Positions 36,513 to 45,194 of a DNA stretch of 64,000 bases are shown here, piece by piece. The DNA lies in NCBI GenBank assembly GCA_965116875.1, contig OZ220733.1, forward strand, positions 1,696,001 through 1,760,000, given 5' to 3'. The notes below the pieces were generated by a model that was given only the letters and a program-made list of their open reading frames with translations, was not told where the DNA came from and made no database searches. The position numbers were made by a program, and so were the translations under genes. Every line of letters starts with the position of its first letter. Within the stretch, counting starts at the first letter, position 1. This stretch comes from Candidatus Latescibacterota bacterium (GTDB lineage: Bacteria > Latescibacterota > UBA2968 > GCA-2709665).

Positions 36513-39068
36513 TCAGGAGCCCGGTTCGGCTTCAGGGGTATCTTCTTGTGGTGGTTTCCCGCCGTAGATCGACTGGTAGTTCGCAGGATCCGTCCATTTG
36601 CTATTGGCGGCGGGCAAGAATTCATAGACGTTCTTTTCTTCATCAATCAATTGCTGTTCGCTTCGCAGATTTTCCGGGATTTCACATTCTACGATAAACC
36701 CGTTGCGATTCAAGACCAGATCGATTTTCTCCCAGTTGTCGTAAAAGTACTCCTGAAGAAGGGGTAAGATTCTATTCCTGAATCTCTCTTCAAGTGATTT
36801 CAAGCCATCAATATTCATGAAATACGTGTGCCCGATTTGATGTTCGCGATCGAGCAGGAAACGGATGCGTTCATTCATAACCTTTAGCAATTCCTGACAA
36901 TTGATACCTTCGATATCGTCTGGAACGAGCGTTGGATCTGGCATCATCTCGACAAAATCGAACCGTCGCCGCAGTGCGGTATCCAACAGGGCGATTGACC
37001 GATCGGCGGTATTCATGGTGCCGATGATGTACAGATTGTCCGGCACTCCGAAATCCTCTCCGGAGTAAGGGAGCGTGGCGGTCGTCTCATCATTTCCACC
37101 GATCCGCTTGGATTCTTCGATTAGCGTGATCAACTCGCCGAAGATCTTGGCGATATTGCCACGGTTGATTTCATCGATGATCAGGACGTAGTTCTGTTTC
37201 GCTACAGACACCGGCCTTTCTGTTGTCCATTCGTTATCGTGGAATTCTTTCACTCTTTTAAACAACTCGAAATAGTATCTCGCATTTCCGTGATAACTCT
37301 TCCCTGATCTATAGGTGGGTTTGATATCTTCCTTCGTCTTTACCTCGCCATTGTAAAAGGCGTCGTAATCTCGTTTTATCATCTTCTTAGACAGTCTCTG
37401 ATCCGTTAACGTACCGCCAAGCTGTACTGATTGGAAACTGCCCCTAGACCAATGTATCTTGGCAATCGTGACGCCACTCTTGTGATCATGAGGGAAAAGC
37501 TTGATTTCATCTTCTGATTCAAGCCTCTCGGCGATCGACACTGCAAAAGCCTCAATTAGCTCGTCTACATCCCATGAATCACCACTCATTTTCTCAGATT
37601 GCATTCTGTTTTCATCGGCAAGAAAGGCGATTTCCTTGAAGACGCCGTCGGAAAGCTCATACTCTACACTTTCTTCGCCGGCGCCAGTAAGAACAGGCCT
37701 GATGCCCTCGATAAAGTCCTCGTAGTTGTAGTTCTGGTGAAACGTCACCATTTCAATCTGGCCATTCTTCTTCAGTTTATCGAATCGTTGCATCTTGGCT
37801 TCACGGTCTTCCTTGCTTTCCATTTCGAGCTGGCCCACTGGTTTGTTGTCAATGATCGCCAGTGCGTGATTGACGGTGTGCCATGTCTTGCTCGTCCCCG
37901 GAGGGCCATACAGGATCTGATTCAAAGGATGTGGGTTTTTCATGGGCTCTCTCTTGTTTCCTATCAGCAAATCGATAAGATTAAAAGTTGGTTTGTAAGC
38001 ATGTGTTTCCTGAAATGCCTGATACGTCTTCCAGTCCGGTTTGATTTTTTCCAGAGCGTTCTGTCGCGTCTTCGTCGACAGGTCTTCGTTGCCCTTGTTT
38101 ACCCACAGGACGTGAATCCGACTGTCCCTGTTTTTTCCCAGTTCGGCATATTCGTTCTCCTGTACAACTCCAATTGCCCTTCCCTTTTGCACTCCGGTCC
38201 TTACGAGGACAATATCGCCCCTCTCCGGTTCAGTTAGCGGATAGCTACCTTCTTCGTCCCATGATTTTCCGGGCCCCGGTCCTCCCGCATAGACCCAGTT
38301 GTTTTCCTTGAAGCTGCCGTCACGGTTTTCCCAGTAATCACCGCCCTCAGGATCGAATACGTTCGTGCTGATATGATAACAGCTATCGCTCACTTGGATT
38401 CGGAACTTATCAGGCGTGGTCGGTTTTGTCAGATAGAGGAACATATTGATTTCGAAAGGCTGGCACCCCGGAAACACTTTTTTTGCTCTATTGAGAAATG
38501 ATCGATACGCCCCGTAGCCGCCAACCTCTATTGCCGACGGGATCGGCAGACTCAGAGCTTCAAGCAGTTCCGGTGATGCGCTATCAACCGGTAGAAAATA
38601 ATGGGGATTGATCAGAAAAAGCGCGTGGGTTAGTTTAGTGATCTTTACTCCTTTAATGCCCAAGACATTCAGGAAGTCATCCGGGTCTATCTCAGGACGA
38701 TTCTTCGCAGCCTGCCGAAACAGGCGCCATAGTAACGCTGACTGAGGATCCTCTTCATCGTAAAATAACACGCCAAAATTGGTACGTGGAAAGACGTAGT
38801 CTTCGTCGACATCTGTATTTATTCGTTCGATTTCGAAGACGTCGCTAACGCTTTCGTACACTGGTCTCCACTTTTTCGGGGTGTTTTTGAAAGCCAGGAA
38901 GTAAAAGAAAGAAAATGGATTGATCGCCTCAGCGCCATATTGGAGCAGTGAGGGCTTCCCTCCCCACTCCACTTGCATGGCTTTCTCGACGAGAAAATCT
39001 TCCCGACCTTCCTCGATTCTCTCTGCCAATTTTTGAAACCACGGTACCCAATCGTAAATTTCCTTCAT
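36513..39068 (-). CDS. mcrB: McrB-family AAA+ GTPase with large N-terminal region
   Basis: ILYGPPGTSKT, VTFHQNYNYEDFIEG, LIIDEINRGNIAKIFGELITLIE, GTMNTADRSIALLDTALRRRF, DREHQIGHTYF, PLLQEYFY. Confidence 0.92.
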   Translation of the reverse strand: MKEIYDWVPWFQKLAERIEEGREDFLVEKAMQVEWGGKPSLLQYGAEAINPFSFFYFLAFKNTPKKWRPVYESVSDVFEIERINTDVDEDYVFPRTNFGVLFYDEEDPQSALLWRLFRQAAKNRPEIDPDDFLNVLGIKGVKITKLTHALFLINPHYFLPVDSASPELLEALSLPIPSAIEVGGYGAYRSFLNRAKKVFPGCQPFEINMFLYLTKPTTPDKFRIQVSDSCYHISTNVFDPEGGDYWENRDGSFKENNWVYAGGPGPGKSWDEEGSYPLTEPERGDIVLVRTGVQKGRAIGVVQENEYAELGKNRDSRIHVLWVNKGNEDLSTKTRQNALEKIKPDWKTYQAFQETHAYKPTFNLIDLLIGNKREPMKNPHPLNQILYGPPGTSKTWHTVNHALAIIDNKPVGQLEMESKEDREAKMQRFDKLKKNGQIEMVTFHQNYNYEDFIEGIRPVLTGAGEESVEYELSDGVFKEIAFLADENRMQSEKMSGDSWDVDELIEAFAVSIAERLESEDEIKLFPHDHKSGVTIAKIHWSRGSFQSVQLGGTLTDQRLSKKMIKRDYDAFYNGEVKTKEDIKPTYRSGKSYHGNARYYFELFKRVKEFHDNEWTTERPVSVAKQNYVLIIDEINRGNIAKIFGELITLIEESKRIGGNDETTATLPYSGEDFGVPDNLYIIGTMNTADRSIALLDTALRRRFDFVEMMPDPTLVPDDIEGINCQELLKVMNERIRFLLDREHQIGHTYFMNIDGLKSLEERFRNRILPLLQEYFYDNWEKIDLVLNRNGFIVECEIPENLRSEQQLIDEEKNVYEFLPAANSKWTDPANYQSIYGGKPPQEDTPEAEPGS

Positions 39069-39197
39069 TGGATTGTCTCCATACTTTGGATGAATTGCAT
39101 AACAAAATGTACTGGAATTGAAAGCGAGAGTACGTTGCCTTTGGTCCCGGCAACAGTCGATCGTGCTCTCGACATATGGCAAACCGTTCTGTATGAC

Positions 39198-40720
39198 TCC
39201 GGAGCGAGGGCATCCTGCCCTCGAATTTCGCGTGACCCATCAATACCCGAACCAAGGGCTTATTGATTCCTTTGCATCCGGCATAACTCTGTCCAAGAAC
39301 CGTAAGATTCCTGGAGATGAGGTCCGAAAAGTGGATTCCGTTCGCGATTATGGACGGCTTTGACCTCGACAACGAAAATCGGGTTGCCATGGGTTCGCGT
39401 CTGTCGCAGGGCTTCTCACTCTGAACGGAGTCGAAGCATATTTCGCCGCTTCCGTATCGCGCTGGAGGCGGACGTGCTGCCTCCCGGGTATTGAGACATG
39501 CAGATCGCGCGGGAATGATGCGATGCTGCAGTAGATCCTTCGTCGGCCTGGCACCCCATCGGGATGACCGTGCGAAGAACGTGTGACGGACGCGTTTCGC
39601 CTATGTCGTGCGCAGGCCTCCTCTGGATGACAGCGGGAAGCATCGTGCTTGGCTATCGGCCAGCATGTCATTCTGAGCGGAGTCGAAGAATCTCCCGTCT
39701 CTTCGATTGAACGTGTCGCACATGGCTTCTGAAGACGAACGTGTGCGCGGACGCTTTGCCAGACATTCTGCCTCATCTGCATAACATTCGGCCGCAAGTG
39801 AGAAGGATACATTTCGCCAATGGCTGAGGAAGAGTTTTCCATCCGTATACTTCGCGCGATTCCGTGACTTTCGTAGTGAATCAAACCCGTTTTTGGACAG
39901 GCGTGATCCGAAATAACATCGAGAATGACGGCGCCAGAGCCTCACGATTTAGCCGTCGAGGGCAGGATACCCTCGCTCCCGGGAACACCAACCGCACCTG
40001 TCTCAGGACAGATATCGAAAGGGTGGAGCGGACATTCCTGTCTGCTCACGTTCATAAACCCAGGGCCTTACAATCCATTTTCCAAACACGCCCGCGACTC
40101 GCCGCCGTCTTCGCCATGGGAAAAACGAAGGCGCTTTCTACAGGACCACCTGAGCCGGGCAGACAGGAATGTCCGCCCCACCTTCAGACATGCTACCACA
40201 CCTTTTCAAATCACCTCTTCCAAATCATCCTGGACGGCAGTGATCGGACCTGAAATCCTCCCCTTACGGTTCGCCAGGAACGACGGCGACAGAGCCTCGC
40301 GATTGAGCCGTCGAGGGCAGGATGGCCTCACTCCAGCGAACGCCAATCGCACCTGTTTCAGGACAGATATCGAGAGGGTGGAGCGGACATTCCTGTCTGC
40401 TCACGTTCATAAACCCAGGACATCACAATCCATTATCCGGACACACCGCGATTCGCCGCCGTCTTCGCCATGGGAAAAACGAAGGCGGAATCGACAGGAA
40501 CACCTGAGCCGGGCAGACAGGAATGTCCGCCCCACCTTCAGACGCGCTTCTTCACTTGTCCAAGATCGTCGTTTCCGAATTATCACATATCCGACCTTGA
40601 ATCTTCTTCTCACGGGTCGTCAAGAACGACGGCGCCAGAGCCTCGCAATTGTGCCGTCGAGGGCAGGATGCCCTCGCTCCAGGGAACCCCAACCGCAACG
40701 GTCCCAGGTCGGTTTCTATA
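39198..40720. repeat. Second block of the same repeat family on the other side of mcrBC (partial unit at ~39200-39280; units near 39927, 40282, 40628), with other REP types between
   Basis: GACGGCG(C/A)CAGAGCCTC core and GGGTGGAGCGGACATTCCTGTCTGC (40021, 40376) shared with the left array in the same orientation; GTCATTCTGAGCGGAGTCGAAGAATCT at ~39667. Confidence 0.88.
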
Positions 40721-40803
40721 CTGGAGAGCGGTGACGCAAAAGCATATTTCGTCGATCATGCACCTTGCGTTCGGTTCAACGTTGAATTCCCCCCACCGAA
40801 TCA

Positions 40804-40900
40804 GCCGTCGCCGGACCCTTCGACACCCTTCGACAGGCTCAGGGCAAGTGCTCAGGGGCCGGCTCGGCTTCTGCGACTCCCCCTCAAGGGGGGAGTGATT
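40804..40900. repeat. REP-like hairpins
   Basis: ccttcgacaggctcaggg and actccccctcaaggggggagt palindrome. Confidence 0.65.
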
Positions 40901-40954
40901 TGACCGTCAAGCGGACCGCCGAGTGCTGACAGCTGAATACTGCAAGCTGATTAC

Positions 40955-41575
40955 TTATATCAATCCCTTCTCCGTCGCGATTGCGACCGCTTCGGTGCGG
41001 TTTCCGGCGCCGAGTTTGGCGAGGATTTCGCTGACGTGGAATTTGACGGTGCGTTCGGAGATGTAGAGCCGGTCGGCAATTTCCTTGTTCAGCAGGCCCG
41101 TGGCAATCAGCTTCAGCACTTCTGTCTGCCGCGTTGTCAAGCCATCCGGATCGTTGAGGCTGTCCAGAAATCTGGCAGCGACCGCCGGCGCCAGTAACGA
41201 ACCGCCTTCATGGACCACTCGCACGGCGCGAAACACGTCCTCTCTCGGCGCGCCCTTGAGCAGATAGCCCTTTGCCCCGGCGCGCATGGCCGAGACAATG
41301 CGTTCGTCCGTATCGAAGACCGTGAAGACGATCGTCTTCGCCCGGACATCCATTTCCTTCAGGCGCCGGAGGGTCTCGATGCCATCCACTCCGGGCATCT
41401 CCAGGTCCAGCAGCAGGACGTCAGGGTCGCAATCGGCCACCTTTCGCAGCGCCTCCTCCCCATCGCCGGCTTCTCCCGTCACCTCGAAATCGGACTGCGT
41501 ATTTAACATCGCGGCCAGGCCGTCACGCACAACGGGGTGGTCGTCCACAACAAGTATGCGAATTTGCGCACTCAT
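40955..41575 (-). CDS. NarL/LuxR-family response regulator
   Basis: ILVVDDHPVVRDG, LLDLEMPG, GAKGYLLK, LTTRQTEVL..GLLNKEIA..ISERTVKFHVSEILAKL. Confidence 0.95.
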   Translation of the reverse strand: MSAQIRILVVDDHPVVRDGLAAMLNTQSDFEVTGEAGDGEEALRKVADCDPDVLLLDLEMPGVDGIETLRRLKEMDVRAKTIVFTVFDTDERIVSAMRAGAKGYLLKGAPREDVFRAVRVVHEGGSLLAPAVAARFLDSLNDPDGLTTRQTEVLKLIATGLLNKEIADRLYISERTVKFHVSEILAKLGAGNRTEAVAIATEKGLI

Positions 41576-42750
41576 GCCGCCACCTGCGAGGGAATGCGAA
41601 TCTCCAGTCGGGTACCGCGACCGGGCGCGCTGTCAAGGGTAAGCGATCCCCCCAACAATTGCGCCCGCTCACTCAGGCCCGCGAGTCCATGTCGACCCTG
41701 AAAGGTGTCTGCAGGTTCGAATCCGCAACCGTCGTCTTCAACGATAAGCTCCGCGTAAGCGGGCGTCGACGTCAGTCTGAGGCGCGCCCGGTTTGCGCGT
41801 GCGTGTTCCACGACGTTGTTCAACGCCTCCTGCGCCATGCGATACAGACCGGATTCGAATCTGGCGGCAAGAGGATGTCCGCCAACGCATTCCACGCTGA
41901 CGTCCAGGCCTGCCTCGTTTCCGATCGCCTTTCCGAGATCTTCCAATGCCCCTTGCAGCGAGCGATTCTCGAGCGGGGCCGCCCGGAGGTCCAGTACCGC
42001 CCGGCGCGCATCCTCGAGATTGCCGCGAGCCAGCATCATTGCGCCGCGCACAACCTCGGACAGCTTTTCGCGATCCGTATCGTCGTCAAGCAGCGCGTCC
42101 AGCGTTTCCAGCCGCATCAGAATCGCGGCCAGATTCTGACCGAGCGTGTCGTGAATCTCCCTTGCGAGTCGGAGACGCTCATTCGCGACGCCGGTCTCCA
42201 CGCTCTGCTCATATAGACGCGCCCGTTCAATTGCGATGCTGGTCAGATCGCCCACCGTATTGAGCAGCCGCAGATCCTCGGACGAAAGTTCGCGCCACTC
42301 CACGCTCGCCACGTTCAATACACCCACTCGCTTTCGGTTTGCATACAACGGAATGCTCGCGTGATAACGCAGACCCTCCGTTCCTTCAACAAGCCCCTTC
42401 AGCCGGCTGCAGGCCACGACGTTCACGTTCGCGGCCCCCTTCAGATCTCCTTTCCGGTATGTATCCAGGCAATAGCACCATCCGCCCATCTTGACCGGAT
42501 TGTCCTGCAACGCGGGAGGCAGATTCTGCGCGGCGGCCAGGTACGGCTCACCCGTCTCTTCGCTCATGAGCCAGATCCAGCTTGTACTCAGGTCGAGCAG
42601 TGCGGCAACCTTACGAAGCGTTGCTTCCAGGGCCTGGTCGAGATCTACGGACCGGTTCAGTGCGTGCGCAATCTCGTTCAGAACCGTGAGTTCGCGATTG
42701 CGCTGTCCCAGTTGATCGGTTGGCATCGGCAACTTGTCTTGATCGGGCAT
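41572..42750 (-). CDS. Cytoplasmic GAF-domain HisKA_3 histidine kinase, AirS/YhcY-like Cys motif
   Basis: GAF with WCYC...AANVNVVACSRL; ERLRLAREIHDTLGQ; QEALNNVVEHA; DDGCGF; no transmembrane segment seen. Confidence 0.9.
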   Translation of the reverse strand: MPDQDKLPMPTDQLGQRNRELTVLNEIAHALNRSVDLDQALEATLRKVAALLDLSTSWIWLMSEETGEPYLAAAQNLPPALQDNPVKMGGWCYCLDTYRKGDLKGAANVNVVACSRLKGLVEGTEGLRYHASIPLYANRKRVGVLNVASVEWRELSSEDLRLLNTVGDLTSIAIERARLYEQSVETGVANERLRLAREIHDTLGQNLAAILMRLETLDALLDDDTDREKLSEVVRGAMMLARGNLEDARRAVLDLRAAPLENRSLQGALEDLGKAIGNEAGLDVSVECVGGHPLAARFESGLYRMAQEALNNVVEHARANRARLRLTSTPAYAELIVEDDGCGFEPADTFQGRHGLAGLSERAQLLGGSLTLDSAPGRGTRLEIRIPSQVAA

Positions 42751-42793
42751 TGGGTCTCGATTCGCGTGAATGCTTTGCCAAAATATCTCCTGT

Positions 42794-43900
42794 TCAGGGC
42801 AAAATCAAGTGCAGATCGCCAAACTCGTGCCACAGATACCCTTCGTTGAGCGCCGCTTCGTAGGTCACCCGCAGATGATCCAGGCCCGTCAATGCCTGCA
42901 GCATCGATAGATGGGTGGCGCTCGGTTCGTGCATCCCGGTCAACAGGCCGTCTACGATCCGCATCGGCCGTTCGGGCGAGATCAACAGCGTCGTCCATCC
43001 TTCGCCCGGGTAGACCCGTCCGGTTTTATCGGCTACAGTCTCCAGCGCGCGGACCACCGTGGTGCCCACAGCGACAATCCGCCCGCCGTTTCTGTGTGCG
43101 TTGTTGATCACCCGTGCAGTCGGTACCGGAACGCGGTAGTACTCTTCGTACGGCGGCTCATCGGACTCAAGACTCGCGACTCCGGTGTGCAGGATCAGCG
43201 GCGCAATCTGAACGCCCTTCGCCACCAGGTCGGTGATGACCCGGGGCGTGAACGCGCGGCCGGCCGACGGCATTTCGGCGCTGCCCGCCTCGGTCGCGTA
43301 TTCGTTCTGGTAAACCTCGATCGGCCAGTTGTCCCGAACGTAACCATACCGAATGGGCGCGCCGTATACGTCAAGGTACGTGTCAACGTCGTAAGGCAAA
43401 TGTAACGTTGCGATCCACAAACGAACGTCAGCGTCTGGATCGCCCCTGTGTTCAGGCCTGTAGGGCGCGTGCAGATGCGCCGATCCGTCACCGGGCAACG
43501 CCAACACCTCGCCCGGACGCGCCCGAAGAAAAGGTCGCCCGGCGTCCGATGTGCGCACTTCAACAACCCACATCTCAGCCGGCAATTGCGTGGACAAATG
43601 CAGCCTCAACTCCGGACCGTCGGGCCGGGTAACCGGCAATGACGCTTTGCGGGTACCGCTGGTATTGATCACCACCACGTCACCCTCATGAAGCACACCG
43701 GGCAGATCACGAAATGCGACGTGTTCAATTGAATCATCGCTTCGCCGCGAGACCATCAACCGTACCGCGTCCCGGCTGAGGCCGCGAGCTTCCGGCGGTT
43801 CGCCCGCCTCAAGGCGCGACGGGAGTTCAAAGGCCAGGGAGTCCAGCTTTGAATTCACGTTCGCAACGGGCAGAACCGTATTGGCCCTTGTATCAATCAT
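42794..43900 (-). CDS. QueA-family (SAM:tRNA ribosyltransferase-isomerase-like) divergent paralogue
   Basis: GDVVVINTS, GSAEMPSAGRAFT, LHTGVAS, VAVGTTVVRALET, GLLTGMHEP, YLWHEFGDLHLI. Confidence 0.85.
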   Translation of the reverse strand: MIDTRANTVLPVANVNSKLDSLAFELPSRLEAGEPPEARGLSRDAVRLMVSRRSDDSIEHVAFRDLPGVLHEGDVVVINTSGTRKASLPVTRPDGPELRLHLSTQLPAEMWVVEVRTSDAGRPFLRARPGEVLALPGDGSAHLHAPYRPEHRGDPDADVRLWIATLHLPYDVDTYLDVYGAPIRYGYVRDNWPIEVYQNEYATEAGSAEMPSAGRAFTPRVITDLVAKGVQIAPLILHTGVASLESDEPPYEEYYRVPVPTARVINNAHRNGGRIVAVGTTVVRALETVADKTGRVYPGEGWTTLLISPERPMRIVDGLLTGMHEPSATHLSMLQALTGLDHLRVTYEAALNEGYLWHEFGDLHLILP

Positions 43901-44062
43901 AGGAATCCCCCTTTTCAGCCATCCACCAGGATTCGTGTGTTTTCGTGGACGATCAATCGAATACATGAAACTTGACAAAGGCGATTCAACTGCGAATTAC
44001 CAGGATAAACCAGGTCGCTGGCATCGAACGGGACCTCTCCCCCCAGCCGCCCGACCACCGGG

Positions 44063-44186
44063 TGAGACGTGAAACGGGAGAGGGTAGAGATGACCAGCCT
44101 TGCGGGGTTTCCTCTCGTGCCGGAGGCAAGGAGGGACAACATGCCGGGCGAGGATTTCTTCTCCCGTCTCACCTCTCCCTTCTACC
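44063..44186 (+). repeat. ~120-bp hairpin element, copy 1 of 6
   Basis: GAGACG/GGGAGAG arms around a core like GAGATTACCTGCCTTGT..TTTCTTCTCGTGCCGGAGGCAA..TCGGGCAAGG..TTCTTCT. Confidence 0.8.
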
Positions 44187-44239
44187 CGCTTTCAGGTTCT
44201 TTACGGCCAATTTGACTGTTGTCTTTTTTTGAATTGAGG

Positions 44240-44941
44240 TCAACTCGTGACCTCGGAGAATGACTCTCGCGCCGCGTAGCGCCCACTCTCGTGCGATCCT
44301 TCCAGCAGTTCCACAAATCCCGCCACGCTCGTCTCCGGCAGGGGGCGATCGCTGATATCCTCTCCGGGAAACGCTTCCTGATGCATCCGGGTCCGCATAT
44401 CGCCGGGATCGACCCAATAGATCCGCCAGTCCGGACGTTCCGCCGCGAGCACGTTTGAAAGCTGTTCAAGCGCCGCTTTGGACGAACCGTATCCACCCCA
44501 GCCCTCGTACGCCTCACGGGCCGCGTCGCTCGTCACGTTGATCACACGAGCGCCCGGTTTCAGCGCCTCACGAACGGCCTGAAGCACGCCCAGCGGCGCA
44601 ATAACATTGGCGCGATACACGTCTTCCAGGGAATCGAGTGGATAATCGAGCAATTCCGGCTGTGGACTCGGACCCAGCATGCCGGCATTGTTGACCACGG
44701 CATCCAGCCCCCCGGCTTCATGCACGGCCCGAGCCAACTCCAGACGATGTTTGGATTCCGTGACATCGCCTGGAATGGCGATCACTTCTGTCGATTTTTC
44801 GAGTTCCTCGCGCGCGGCTTCGAGCGCCGCCGCACCCCTGGCGTTGATGACCAGGCGCCATCCGTGCCCCGCGAGTTCTCGAGCGAGCGCAAGTCCCAGG
44901 CCCCGGGATGCGCCGGTGATTAGCGCTGTTCGCATTGACAT
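44240..44941 (-). CDS. Short-chain dehydrogenase/reductase
   Basis: TGASRGLG, VVNNAG, NVTSDA, YGSSK, VDPGDMRT. Confidence 0.93.
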   Translation of the reverse strand: MSMRTALITGASRGLGLALARELAGHGWRLVINARGAAALEAAREELEKSTEVIAIPGDVTESKHRLELARAVHEAGGLDAVVNNAGMLGPSPQPELLDYPLDSLEDVYRANVIAPLGVLQAVREALKPGARVINVTSDAAREAYEGWGGYGSSKAALEQLSNVLAAERPDWRIYWVDPGDMRTRMHQEAFPGEDISDRPLPETSVAGFVELLEGSHESGRYAARESFSEVTS

Positions 44942-45011
44942 GTTCGACCTCCTTTGTATCTGATGTGTTTGCTGTCTGGACCGCCTTGTCTTGTCGTGGC
45001 TGAAATTTAGA

Positions 45012-45047
45012 TAAACAAAAAGCCCTCCGCATCGAACGGAGGGCGTG
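45012..45047 (-). terminator. Rho-independent terminator upstream of the SDR gene
   Basis: Minus strand GCCCTCCG-TTCGATG-CGGAGGGC-TTTTGTTT. Confidence 0.75.
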
Positions 45048-45194
45048 TTTGCGTCCTGTACTATTGGACAGGGAGAACCTGCCTATGCCATCAGCGTATC
45101 CGAGATAACCACAGCTGCCGGGTGCTGGCTGAGAAGAGTTATAATGAGCTGGTGAGGGTCCGGATCGCCGTGGTGTCGCGTTGTGGTGTCCACC

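Noticed and set aside
39348-39945. ORFs upstream of mcrB as a third restriction component or transposase
   Set aside because: Translations are dominated by REP-derived sequence; no HUH, DDE or methylase motif seen
42794-43900. Canonical queA symbol
   Set aside because: Signature motifs diverge and the context lacks tgt; treated as a paralogue
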